DNA of 64,000 nucleotides, taken from contig CAIJNK010000008.1 in the NCBI GenBank assembly GCA_903822075.1, positions 21,961-85,960 on the forward strand. Direction: 5' to 3'. The DNA comes from an uncultured bacterium (GTDB lineage: Bacteria > Patescibacteriota > Minisyncoccia > Phycocordibacterales > GWA1-40-21). Position 1 is the first letter of the stretch, and each line of letters begins with the position of its first letter. Below are positions 28,893-37,336 of the stretch, one piece after another. The translations under genes and the position numbers were made by a program. Below the pieces are notes generated by a model. That model had not been told where the DNA came from. It worked only from the letters and a program-made list of their open reading frames with translations, and made no database searches.

Positions 28893-30332
28893 ATGAATAA
28901 GACAAGCGGCATTGAGATCGTGAAGGGTACGCTCCATTTTGAACATGACGGAAACGGTTTCGTCTGTCGAGAGCTCAGGGAACTGCCGGTACTGTTTGGG
29001 GAGACTCATGGCACCGATAAAGTGGATGAGGCAATCAAGCAATACTTGGCGGGTCTGCGAGGAATTTTCGAACCGAGGTACGGCTCCAGGACGGAGCGGG
29101 ACGCGGTTCCGGAAGTCGAGCGGGTGCGTTTGGGTGGTTTGGCCTTCGATGAAATCGTGGGCTCGATCGACACCAAAGATCTCTCGCTCTTCCAGAAGCT
29201 CATGTTCTGGCTGTCGGACTGGTGGTATTACAATGTGGCTCTTCGTCAGAAGTGCAACTTTGATTACAACAAATTCGACTTCTACGGAATAAGCTCGAAA
29301 ATCATCGGCGAATTCGTGCTGGCTTTGCTGCCGGAACAGATTCAGTCGGTGCTCGGGAAGATGCAGGTAGCCGGAACCGCAGTGGGATTTGGTCACTTCG
29401 CCATTTTGTTCATTGATGGTGTTCATGGCCGGTCGGGAACGGTGCGCCGGATTGTGACGGATACGCAGCTCATTGAGTTGCATGACGTCAGCGGGTACAC
29501 CTACCTCGACATCACCAAGGAAGGGAAGCCGGTCGCAAGGTCGGTGACCAGCCGCGGTGGTGAGCGAGCGTTCTTCGACGGGGTTCGACTCATGTCGCAT
29601 GACATGTTTCAGACCTGCGCGCCCAAGACGGTCGTGATCAATGGTGGATACAAGGTGAACTCCACCCAATGCACGATTATCAATGGGATTCTGTTCCCGG
29701 TGATCGAGAGCAATGATGCCGTGGCGAAAACGACCGGCGCCTTTATGGGGATGGTGGATTTCACCAATACCCAGGCCCTCGAGTCTTATGCCTTGTCGGA
29801 AGCGACGGGGACGCGACTCAAGGTTGATGGGCCAAGGGTGTTTCTGGATAAAAAAGAGCTCAAACCGATCGGGGTTTTCCAACCCAGCTCGGTGCATCTA
29901 CTGGATTCAGGGTTTGCCCTCTACGACTGGTCGGACTTTCACGAGGTGATGAACTGTCGGTTCGATTCCGTTCTGGTCATTGATGACAAGAAGGATTGGA
30001 TCGATCAATTTCGGCAAGCCTTTGGCTCCGAGATCACTCACCTCAAAGAGGTCCAGACCAGTAGCCGTGAAGAAGCGCTTGGGGCGATTGTCAACGGAAA
30101 GCCAGAAGTGGTGATCCTCGACATGCACCTGTCCGACTCCGAGGGTTTTGAAGGCCTTTGGATTGCGAACCAGTTGTTCGCCAACGCATTCGGTGGTCGA
30201 ATCGTGATTGCGAGCAGTTACCCGGATGAACAATTGAAAGCCATGACTACTCTAATCAAGGGTAAGGTCTGGGCTCCAGGCAAGAACATCGACCGTATTC
30301 GTAAACTGCTCGGCAGTACGAATTGGCGATAA
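28893..30332 (+). CDS. protein with unknown N-terminal domain and C-terminal CheY-like receiver domain
   Basis: C-terminus VLVIDDKKD…VVILDMHLSDSEG…GKVWAPGK fits a response-regulator receiver domain; SD GAGGTAGAGG. Confidence 0.6.
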   Translation: MNKTSGIEIVKGTLHFEHDGNGFVCRELRELPVLFGETHGTDKVDEAIKQYLAGLRGIFEPRYGSRTERDAVPEVERVRLGGLAFDEIVGSIDTKDLSLFQKLMFWLSDWWYYNVALRQKCNFDYNKFDFYGISSKIIGEFVLALLPEQIQSVLGKMQVAGTAVGFGHFAILFIDGVHGRSGTVRRIVTDTQLIELHDVSGYTYLDITKEGKPVARSVTSRGGERAFFDGVRLMSHDMFQTCAPKTVVINGGYKVNSTQCTIINGILFPVIESNDAVAKTTGAFMGMVDFTNTQALESYALSEATGTRLKVDGPRVFLDKKELKPIGVFQPSSVHLLDSGFALYDWSDFHEVMNCRFDSVLVIDDKKDWIDQFRQAFGSEITHLKEVQTSSREEALGAIVNGKPEVVILDMHLSDSEGFEGLWIANQLFANAFGGRIVIASSYPDEQLKAMTTLIKGKVWAPGKNIDRIRKLLGSTNWR

Positions 30333-30403
30333 CGGCGACACTTGCGCCTATAAGTTGTAAGACTTATTAAAACTTACGACCTGCATCTTGATCGATGCAG
30401 GTT

Positions 30404-30452
30404 CTGTCCGAGAGTGTGTACTCTCGCTGATGAGTCCAAAAGGACGAAACAG
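30404..30452 (+). ncRNA. hammerhead ribozyme motif HHR8
   Basis: Same core as HHR7 with a different stem III (tctg/caga versus HHR7 tctg/cgga); preceded by the hairpin cctgcatc/gatgcagg. Confidence 0.8.
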
Positions 30453-30502
30453 TAGTTCTTTGAAACAAACAAGTCCCGACAGGGACGGAAAGGTGGAAAC
30501 AG

Positions 30503-30949
30503 ATGAAGAAGGCAGCATTTCTCTCGTACAATTCGATAGCGGGTTTTAGTGCCGGATGGATCGACGGCACGACAGACTGCAAGGCTCTGATTATTCCTTG
30601 TTCGCATGGGTCATCAGCCGCCCCGAAAGTTCGCAGCGAAGCTCAGTGTCATGATGTCACGAATGAGATCACTCGACTGTGGGCCCAGCTCCGAGAACAC
30701 GTAAAGGAGTTGGATTACATCGTCGTGTATGTTGGAAGTGATGGGTCGGAAAATGCCATCACACTAGCTTCTGAGCTACCTTCCGAAAAGGTAACCTTCG
30801 TGATGTGTGACTGCCGTCTTGGTACAAAGGATGAGCTTCTCAGAAGAGCTGGCCACACAAATGCTCGGCAAATTATGTGTGAATGTCGTGGGTTAGAGAC
30901 CATGGGCCGGCTCTGCAAAAGATTCCTGGATACTGGCATGATCGGCTAA
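30503..30949 (+). CDS. hypothetical Cys-rich protein
   Basis: 148 aa; SD AAAGGTGG. Confidence 0.45.
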   Translation: MKKAAFLSYNSIAGFSAGWIDGTTDCKALIIPCSHGSSAAPKVRSEAQCHDVTNEITRLWAQLREHVKELDYIVVYVGSDGSENAITLASELPSEKVTFVMCDCRLGTKDELLRRAGHTNARQIMCECRGLETMGRLCKRFLDTGMIG

Positions 30950-30990
30950 CGGAGGCATGGTTAGAGGTTCCATTACAAAAACCTCACACT

Positions 30991-31036
30991 AGCAAAGTGT
31001 GTACTTTCGCTGATAAGTCCAGAAGTATGAAACAGA
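30991..31036 (+). ncRNA. degenerate hammerhead relic HHR9
   Basis: CUGAUAAG (G8 changed to A), stem II disrupted (gtcc-agaa-gtat), no U at 16.1; still aligned with HHR7/8 and followed by the same leader. Confidence 0.4.
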
Positions 31037-31068
31037 AAAGTTCATAAACAACAAGATATGGAGATTAA

Positions 31069-31638
31069 ATGTCTAGTATATTGATGAAGTATGAATCCAG
31101 TTTCCGTGACGGTGAGAGCCTTGAGAATTTCGAGCTCTGTCTTCTACCTGGTGAAGTATGGCTTACCACTGAGCCGGAAATGATGACTTGGCTTGAAGCA
31201 ATAGAGATTGCTGGAGCTAAATCAAACTTACGCCTGCCACATTACGCTGATCTAATAAGGGCGGTAGAAAGTTTGTCGAAAGATAGCCGGCTTGGCGAGC
31301 AGTTCTCTCCACTTGAAGATGGAGAGTTTTGGACAATAGGTTCGGAGGGATATGAAGCAAATCAGCCATTCGCCTGTTGTGTTCAAGCCACACACAGTAG
31401 CTATGACTCACACAGCCTAAAGACTTGCCTAAAATGGGTAAGGTTCATCAAACGAGGTAAGGCAGAAACATCATTTGAAATCCAAAAGAAAAAGGAGTTG
31501 AGAGAAAGATGGATGCATGAGGTTAATCTTCACCGGAAAGTATCCGATATTCTTGATTTAGATCAAGTTGAAATTGGTACCATACATGGACAATTTCAAC
31601 TTGAATCAAAATCGCAAATTCGCAAAAGGCTGCAGTAA
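31069..31638 (+). CDS. hypothetical protein
   Basis: 189 aa; SD GGAG upstream of the ATG. Confidence 0.45.
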   Translation: MSSILMKYESSFRDGESLENFELCLLPGEVWLTTEPEMMTWLEAIEIAGAKSNLRLPHYADLIRAVESLSKDSRLGEQFSPLEDGEFWTIGSEGYEANQPFACCVQATHSSYDSHSLKTCLKWVRFIKRGKAETSFEIQKKKELRERWMHEVNLHRKVSDILDLDQVEIGTIHGQFQLESKSQIRKRLQ

Positions 31639-31711
31639 TGTCAATGCGGCGCAGAGAAAGATAAAAAGTGGAGACAACCACCTATCAAAAACCCTGGGGA
31701 ATTTACCCAGG

Positions 31712-31764
31712 TTCTGTCCGGGAGTGTGTACTCTCGCTGATGAGTCCAAAAGGACGAAACGGAA
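31712..31764 (+). ncRNA. hammerhead ribozyme motif HHR10
   Basis: GUC; stem I cgggagt-gtgt-actctcg with a G·U pair; CUGAUGA; gtcc-aaaa-ggac; GAAAC; 6-bp stem III; preceded by the hairpin cctggg/cccagg. Confidence 0.8.
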
Positions 31765-31795
31765 AAAGGTCGAAAAATTATTAAAGGAGAAAGTG

Positions 31796-32950
31796 ATGAC
31801 AACAAAAAAAGAGAAAACAATTCTGTGCGACGCCAAGGCTTTCTGCTTTGGGCCCATATCGAAACTCTTAACGATTAGCGAGAGACTCTTTGAAAAGTAT
31901 CGAATTGTGTTTCTGGTCTCCCGGACAAGCAAGATGCTTTCCGCGCATGCTTGCGCCGATGAGATAGTGGAATGTGATACGGAAAACATCACCGATCTAT
32001 TGGCACACGAGGCCTTGTTTAAGTCGGCCGACCTGTTTGTAAACATTATGAATCCGCTCTCGGCACGTTTTGCGGCCGAAAGAGGATTACCGATGGTCCA
32101 GATAGACAGCTTGTTCTGGATGTGGGAACAGATAGCGGAAGAAATTCTCAGCTCAGAGATTTATTTCATTCAGGACTTTGAAGGAGTCGCTGAGCAAATG
32201 AAAAAATTCTCTGGCCGGATAAAGAATCCGGTTCTGGTCGGTCCAATCATAAAAGAGGTTCCTAATGGCGTACCGAAGAAGAACAAACTGCTCATTAATT
32301 TGGGCGGGATGGAATCGGCTTCGATAAAGGTGGGGGTTAATACGGAGTACCCTTACGTAATAATGCGACTCATCAATGATTTGCTGGCAAAAGGCCACGA
32401 CTTTGCTGAGATTGTCTGTGCGGGTAACCGAGACATTCTGGAAGAGATGAAAAGGAGGACACCGAACGGGGCTATTCATTACCAGTTCTTTGAACATAAT
32501 GATTTTCTCCGGCAGATAGCGGAATCAAGGTTGATCATATCGTCTCCGGGACTGACAACCGCCTTCGAGGTTTTTAATTCGGGGACACCGGTGTTCTTCA
32601 TACCGCCCCAGAATTACAGCCAATATTGGAATCTTGATAGTTTTATCAAGAACGGTGTGGCGGAAGAAGCAATAAACTGGAATCACCTCTACTCGGAGGT
32701 AAGCATTCTGAAAAACGAGGAACAAAAGAAAGGGATTGAAAAAGTACTTCAATGTACCCGCCAATTCGAAAAGGATCCAAAAGCTTGGTCCAAAGTGGAG
32801 GGAGGTGTAAAACACTTTCTCACTCTCCCAACAGATGAATTGGAGGGGGTGGGGAAGCGTCAGAAGAAGTACTTCGAAACGCTCGGTGGTAACGGTACAG
32901 AGGTCATAGTCAAAGGTATTATAGACTTACTCGAGAAGAGGAAAGTATAA
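31796..32950 (+). CDS. GT-B fold glycosyltransferase-like protein (MurG/GT28-like C-terminal domain)
   Basis: The start is placed at the ATG after SD AAAGGAGA, because the longer ORF from 31568 runs through HHR10 and the upstream gene. C-terminal LIISSPGLTTAFEVFNSGTPVFFIPP resembles the nucleotide-sugar-binding half of MurG-like enzymes. Confidence 0.5.
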   Translation: MTTKKEKTILCDAKAFCFGPISKLLTISERLFEKYRIVFLVSRTSKMLSAHACADEIVECDTENITDLLAHEALFKSADLFVNIMNPLSARFAAERGLPMVQIDSLFWMWEQIAEEILSSEIYFIQDFEGVAEQMKKFSGRIKNPVLVGPIIKEVPNGVPKKNKLLINLGGMESASIKVGVNTEYPYVIMRLINDLLAKGHDFAEIVCAGNRDILEEMKRRTPNGAIHYQFFEHNDFLRQIAESRLIISSPGLTTAFEVFNSGTPVFFIPPQNYSQYWNLDSFIKNGVAEEAINWNHLYSEVSILKNEEQKKGIEKVLQCTRQFEKDPKAWSKVEGGVKHFLTLPTDELEGVGKRQKKYFETLGGNGTEVIVKGIIDLLEKRKV

Positions 32951-33042
32951 TATACTTGACTTTTAGGCCTAGACGTGCTACCATTGTAAACAGAACAGAG
33001 GGTATCACTTGCCCTGATTTAGAGCCGTAAAATCGGCCACAA

Positions 33043-33444
33043 GTGAAGAAGAAGGAGACAAACATGAAGAAGTACCTTGGTAAGTTGGTGCAGATGTTGT
33101 CGGTAATTGCACTGTTGGCGCTGGCCACATTTTCGAGCGGCTGTGCGACGGTCCTGCCTGGCGGGGATGGTGATAAGGAAACTCGAGTTATGTCCGGTGA
33201 CATACCGCGGGCGGGGTCGACGATCTTTATCTTCTACGCCGGCAGCAACATGAACTGCGGGTATAGCGGGTTTGAGTCTGTCATCATCTGGGCCTATGAG
33301 GTGGGTGACGGACTCGATAAGATGAAGGTACTCAGAACCAAGGGGTTCGCCTTCAACTTCAAATCCGAATGTCCGCGCGGCCGGTTCTTCGTAGGCGAAG
33401 ATGGCCAGACAAGGATCAGCTTCGAGCCCAAACCAGGCGAATAA
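33043..33444 (+). CDS. lipoprotein (hypothetical)
   Basis: Signal peptide with lipobox LATFSSGC. Confidence 0.5.
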   Translation: MKKKETNMKKYLGKLVQMLSVIALLALATFSSGCATVLPGGDGDKETRVMSGDIPRAGSTIFIFYAGSNMNCGYSGFESVIIWAYEVGDGLDKMKVLRTKGFAFNFKSECPRGRFFVGEDGQTRISFEPKPGE

Positions 33445-33484
33445 CTCCGCCACAGACCTGATATGTCTGAACCAACTGTCAACA

Positions 33485-33510
33485 AAGCCCAACTTCGGTT
33501 GGGCTTTTTC
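33485..33510 (+). terminator. rho-independent terminator closing island 2
   Basis: aagcccaac-ttcg-gttgggctt followed by TTTT. Confidence 0.6.
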
Positions 33511-33542
33511 TATGCCGGATTTCACGTTATAATGCCAGCATT

Positions 33543-35216
33543 ATGAAAACAGAAATAATAACCCAATCGGAAGCAGTTAAAGAAGTCGAAAGAAAGTTTA
33601 AGCTTAGAAGTCTGCCAGAAAACTTGGGAACTTTTCCAAAAAAGATAATCCGCCAAGGATATGTTTCCATCACAGATGACGGCACGGAAACAAGGGTTCG
33701 GCAAAAAGACGATAAATATTTTAAAACGATAAAAAGCGGCGCCGGAATTTCTAGGTCAGAAAATGAAGTTGAAATTCCGCCGGAAGATTTTGAAAGGCTG
33801 TGGCCCGAGACCGAGGGGAGGAGGATCGAGAAAACCCGTTATGAAATAACTTTGACTGGTGGATACCTGGCGGAACTTGATATATATGGCGGAAGCCTGG
33901 AGGGGCTTATGGTGGTGGAGGTGGAATTTACAGATGAAAACCAGGCGGCCGAGTTTGTTCCGCCGGAATGGTTTGGCGAGGATGTCACCGATAATTCTGC
34001 TTATAAAAATGCGTCATTGGCCGTTAACGGCAATCCCGAAAAAGTAGCCGGGCAACCGACGTTTGAATTGGAGGAAGGTGTCGATTTTTTGAAAAAAGAA
34101 ATAGAGACCAGGAAAAACGAGCAGGTTGGTCCGTTGGTGGTTTTGATTGCCGGCGGTTCCGCTTCCGGCAAGACTAGCGCTGTGGCCAGTAAGATTCATG
34201 AGGCTTTTGCCGACGAATCCATCATTTTGTCTTTGGACGATTATTACCGCGGTAAAAAATTTATGCAAGACATGGCCGCCCGGGGGATAGACTACAATTA
34301 TGATCAGCCGGAGGTGATTGATTTGGATCTTTTTAATCGCCATCTAAACTCCCTGAAAACCGGACAGGCCGTAGAAAAACCAGTCTATAATTTTTCAATC
34401 GGTGAGGCCGATAAGACAGAAACTATCGAGCCAAAGAAAATTATAATCGTTGAGGGTCTGTTTGCCTTAAACGAAAAACTGTTGGAGGTTGGCGACGTGA
34501 AAGTGTTTGTGGAAGTTGGAACCCATGGCCGTCTTGTCAGAAGAATTTTGCGTGACATCGAGTCACGGGGGCAGGAGCCTAACGGCATCCTGGAATATTT
34601 TGCCAGGGTGGTTGAACCGATGCATCAAGAATACATTGAGAGTACCAAAAAATCGGCCGATGTGGTTATTACGAATGAATACAATCCAGAGATAGAGGCT
34701 AGGGGAATGAAAGAAGTGCAATTGAAATTCAAAGGCGTCATTGATCAGGAAAAACTGAGAAAGTTGGGTGCAGAAAGGATCGGCAGTTCGGTCCAGGTGG
34801 ATACATATTACAATCCTAAAGATCGAAACCTAAATGAAACCGGCGAAGTTTTAAGGGTTAGGGAAGAAAATGGACACAATATTGTTTCCTATAAAGGCCC
34901 AAAACAAGATGGGGACTTCCGAGTTAGGCCAAAGATTGATTTTGAAATCGATAGGAGCACAAGGGATACCTTTATTGGTATGTACGGCGGAGAGACGGTA
35001 GTTATAAAAAAGGACAGGACACTTTATCAGTTGGAAGGAGTCACTTTTAGCGTTGACAAGGTAGTGAAAGTTGAAGACGGGATAGAAAAAGATTTGGGTG
35101 ACTTTGTAGAGATAAGAGGAGTCAATTCTTCAGACGAAGGTTTGTTAGTAAGAATAACTGAACGTCTGGGATTCAAAATGGAGGATGGTGACAAGAGGGC
35201 CTATTCAGAAATGTAA
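33543..35216 (+). CDS. CYTH–uridine kinase–CYTH fusion protein
   Basis: P-loop LIAGGSASGKTS with a uridine-kinase-like core, flanked by triphosphate-tunnel (CYTH) like segments (EVERKFKL…; VQVDTYYN…). Confidence 0.65.
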   Translation: MKTEIITQSEAVKEVERKFKLRSLPENLGTFPKKIIRQGYVSITDDGTETRVRQKDDKYFKTIKSGAGISRSENEVEIPPEDFERLWPETEGRRIEKTRYEITLTGGYLAELDIYGGSLEGLMVVEVEFTDENQAAEFVPPEWFGEDVTDNSAYKNASLAVNGNPEKVAGQPTFELEEGVDFLKKEIETRKNEQVGPLVVLIAGGSASGKTSAVASKIHEAFADESIILSLDDYYRGKKFMQDMAARGIDYNYDQPEVIDLDLFNRHLNSLKTGQAVEKPVYNFSIGEADKTETIEPKKIIIVEGLFALNEKLLEVGDVKVFVEVGTHGRLVRRILRDIESRGQEPNGILEYFARVVEPMHQEYIESTKKSADVVITNEYNPEIEARGMKEVQLKFKGVIDQEKLRKLGAERIGSSVQVDTYYNPKDRNLNETGEVLRVREENGHNIVSYKGPKQDGDFRVRPKIDFEIDRSTRDTFIGMYGGETVVIKKDRTLYQLEGVTFSVDKVVKVEDGIEKDLGDFVEIRGVNSSDEGLLVRITERLGFKMEDGDKRAYSEM

Positions 35217-35476
35217 TATTTTGCTTTAGTATTTATCTTCTCTCTTTTGTAATAAAAAATTACACTATTATCGCTAAAATAAGTTGATAATTAAGGGTTA
35301 TTTATTATACTTGTTTTTGATGTTACATATTTATAACAAAAATTAAGCAAGATTAGATGTTATCTATATAATGATACTTTGGATAGAACTAATAAGTTCT
35401 GTAACAAAATAAGGTGAGATATCCTGGATTAAGAGTATAATTGAGGTAAATTTTAATAATTAACCATAAAAAATAA

Positions 35477-36277
35477 ATGAAATTTAAGGATTTTGTGAAA
35501 AAGAATAAAATACTGGTTGGAATGGTTCATGTTCAGTCATTACCGGGGACGCCAGGTAGCAGATTATCTTCCCAGGAAATAATTGATAGAGCTGCAGAGG
35601 AAGCGATGATTTTTAAGAAATTAGGTTTTAATACGGTAATGATTGAGAATATGCACGATATTCCCTACATCAAGACTGTTGGACCAGAAATTACTTCGCT
35701 GATGACTTTGGTAGGTAAAGAAATAAAGAAATTAGGATTATACTGCGGAATTCAGATTCTGGCTGGTGCAAACAAGGAAGCGATGGCGGCGGCCAAAGCC
35801 TCGGATTTAGATTTTATAAGAGCCGAAGGATTTGTTTTTGCCCATGTAGCTGACGAGGGTTACATCGAATCTTGCGCCGGAGAATTAACAAGATATCGAA
35901 AGATGATTAACGCCGAAGATGTAATGATTTTTACCGACATAAAAAAGAAACATTCATCCCACTCCATCACCGCTGACGTCAGCATAGAAGAAACCGCCCA
36001 CGCCGCCGAATTTTTCTTGTCTGACGGAGTCATTGTCACCGGTGTTTCGACCGGCACGGAGGCATCACTCGATGAAGTAAAGGGTGTTAAAAAAGCCGTC
36101 AAGATTCCGGTCCTGATCGGATCGGGCATCACTGATAAAAATCTTAAAAATTATTTCCCTTATGCCGACATTTTTATCGTCGGATCATTTATTAAGAAGG
36201 GTGGCTATTGGAAAAATGAGTTGGATGAGACTAATATCAAATTATTAATGGACGAGTTTAATAAATTAAATAAATAA
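35477..36277 (+). CDS. BtpA/SgcQ-family TIM-barrel protein
   Basis: ILVGMVHVQSLPGTPG N-terminal motif typical of the BtpA family. Confidence 0.65.
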   Translation: MKFKDFVKKNKILVGMVHVQSLPGTPGSRLSSQEIIDRAAEEAMIFKKLGFNTVMIENMHDIPYIKTVGPEITSLMTLVGKEIKKLGLYCGIQILAGANKEAMAAAKASDLDFIRAEGFVFAHVADEGYIESCAGELTRYRKMINAEDVMIFTDIKKKHSSHSITADVSIEETAHAAEFFLSDGVIVTGVSTGTEASLDEVKGVKKAVKIPVLIGSGITDKNLKNYFPYADIFIVGSFIKKGGYWKNELDETNIKLLMDEFNKLNK

Positions 36278-36885
36278 TGAAAAAGAAAATAATTTTGGCT
36301 TCGACCTCGCCCCGGCGGCATGGTCTGGCTCAACAAATGGGTTTGGAATTTGAGATTGTGCCAAGCAACTATGAAGAGGATATGTCTATGGATATAGGAC
36401 CAGCCGAGCTCTCAATGACCCTGGCTTACGGAAAAGCAAAAGAAGTGGCCGTCAGATTAAAAAAAGGAGTCGTTCTCGGAGTTGATACTTTTATTGTCTT
36501 TGAAGGAAAAAAATTGGGCAAACCAAAATCAAAGGAGGATGCGTTTCTTATGTTAAAGAGTTTTTCAGGCAAGTCTCAAGAAGTTTACTCTGGTGTGACC
36601 ATAATTGACTGTGAAACTGGGCAGGAACTCAAAGATTTTGAAGTAACAAAGGTAAAATTCAGGGAAATGGAAGATTCTGAAATTAATAACTACATCAAGA
36701 CTGGCGAGCCAATGGATAAGGCCGGATCTTATGGTATACAGGATTTAGGTGCTGTCTTTGTGGAAAAAATCGATGGTTGCTATTCAAACGTTATGGGCTT
36801 TCCTATACACAATATCTACAAAAACCTGAAAAAACTTGGGGTAGACATCTTTGAGTATGAGAAATGGCAGGGTGGGCAAGAGTAG
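36277..36885 (+). CDS. maf: Maf-like nucleoside triphosphate pyrophosphatase
   Basis: ILASTSPRR N-terminal signature; 202 aa. Confidence 0.8.
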   Translation: MKKKIILASTSPRRHGLAQQMGLEFEIVPSNYEEDMSMDIGPAELSMTLAYGKAKEVAVRLKKGVVLGVDTFIVFEGKKLGKPKSKEDAFLMLKSFSGKSQEVYSGVTIIDCETGQELKDFEVTKVKFREMEDSEINNYIKTGEPMDKAGSYGIQDLGAVFVEKIDGCYSNVMGFPIHNIYKNLKKLGVDIFEYEKWQGGQE

Positions 36886-36920
36886 CTTTGATTTTTTAGC
36901 GTTTATGCTATTATTAGGCT

Positions 36921-37274
36921 ATGAAAGATACAAATAAATATAAAAAATTACTGGAGGTGGAAAAAGAGAAATTGCTAAAAGAACTGGCCACCGTCGGCAA
37001 AAAAACTGGTAAAGTGGACGGTTGGGAAGCCACCGCCACTGACCTTGATTCAGACTCGGCCGACGAGAATGAAACAGCAGACGTGATGGAAAGCCTGGAT
37101 GAGAATAAAGGCATTTTGGAACAGTTGGAAATCCAATTACTGCAAGTAGAAAGTGCTTTGGGGAAAATAGAATCCGGCACGTACGGCAAGTGTAACGTTT
37201 GCGGGAAAGAGATCCCCGAACACCGCCTGGACGCCAACCCCGCCTCGCTGACTTGTATGGAGCATACAAAATAA
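36921..37274 (+). CDS. DksA/TraR-family C4 zinc-finger protein
   Basis: C-terminal GTYGKCNVCGKEIPEHRLDANPASLTC. Confidence 0.65.
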   Translation: MKDTNKYKKLLEVEKEKLLKELATVGKKTGKVDGWEATATDLDSDSADENETADVMESLDENKGILEQLEIQLLQVESALGKIESGTYGKCNVCGKEIPEHRLDANPASLTCMEHTK

Positions 37275-37336
37275 AGTGAAGGAATTCCAATGAAACGATA
37301 ATCAGTCGGATTCTTTTTATCCGTGGGAAAAAGGTA

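Noticed and set aside
28689-29897. 402-aa minus-strand ORF antisense to the REC-domain gene
   Set aside because: The + strand ORF has a recognisable receiver domain and an RBS and follows a ribozyme cassette; the antisense frame reflects GC-rich codon bias.
31568-31795. N-terminal extension of the glycosyltransferase-like ORF starting at 31568
   Set aside because: It would overlap the preceding gene's 3' end and read straight through HHR10; an internal ATG at 31796 has a good SD.
33019-33525. 168-aa minus-strand ORF antisense to the lipoprotein gene
   Set aside because: The + strand ORF has a canonical signal peptide and lipobox; the antisense frame is unsupported.
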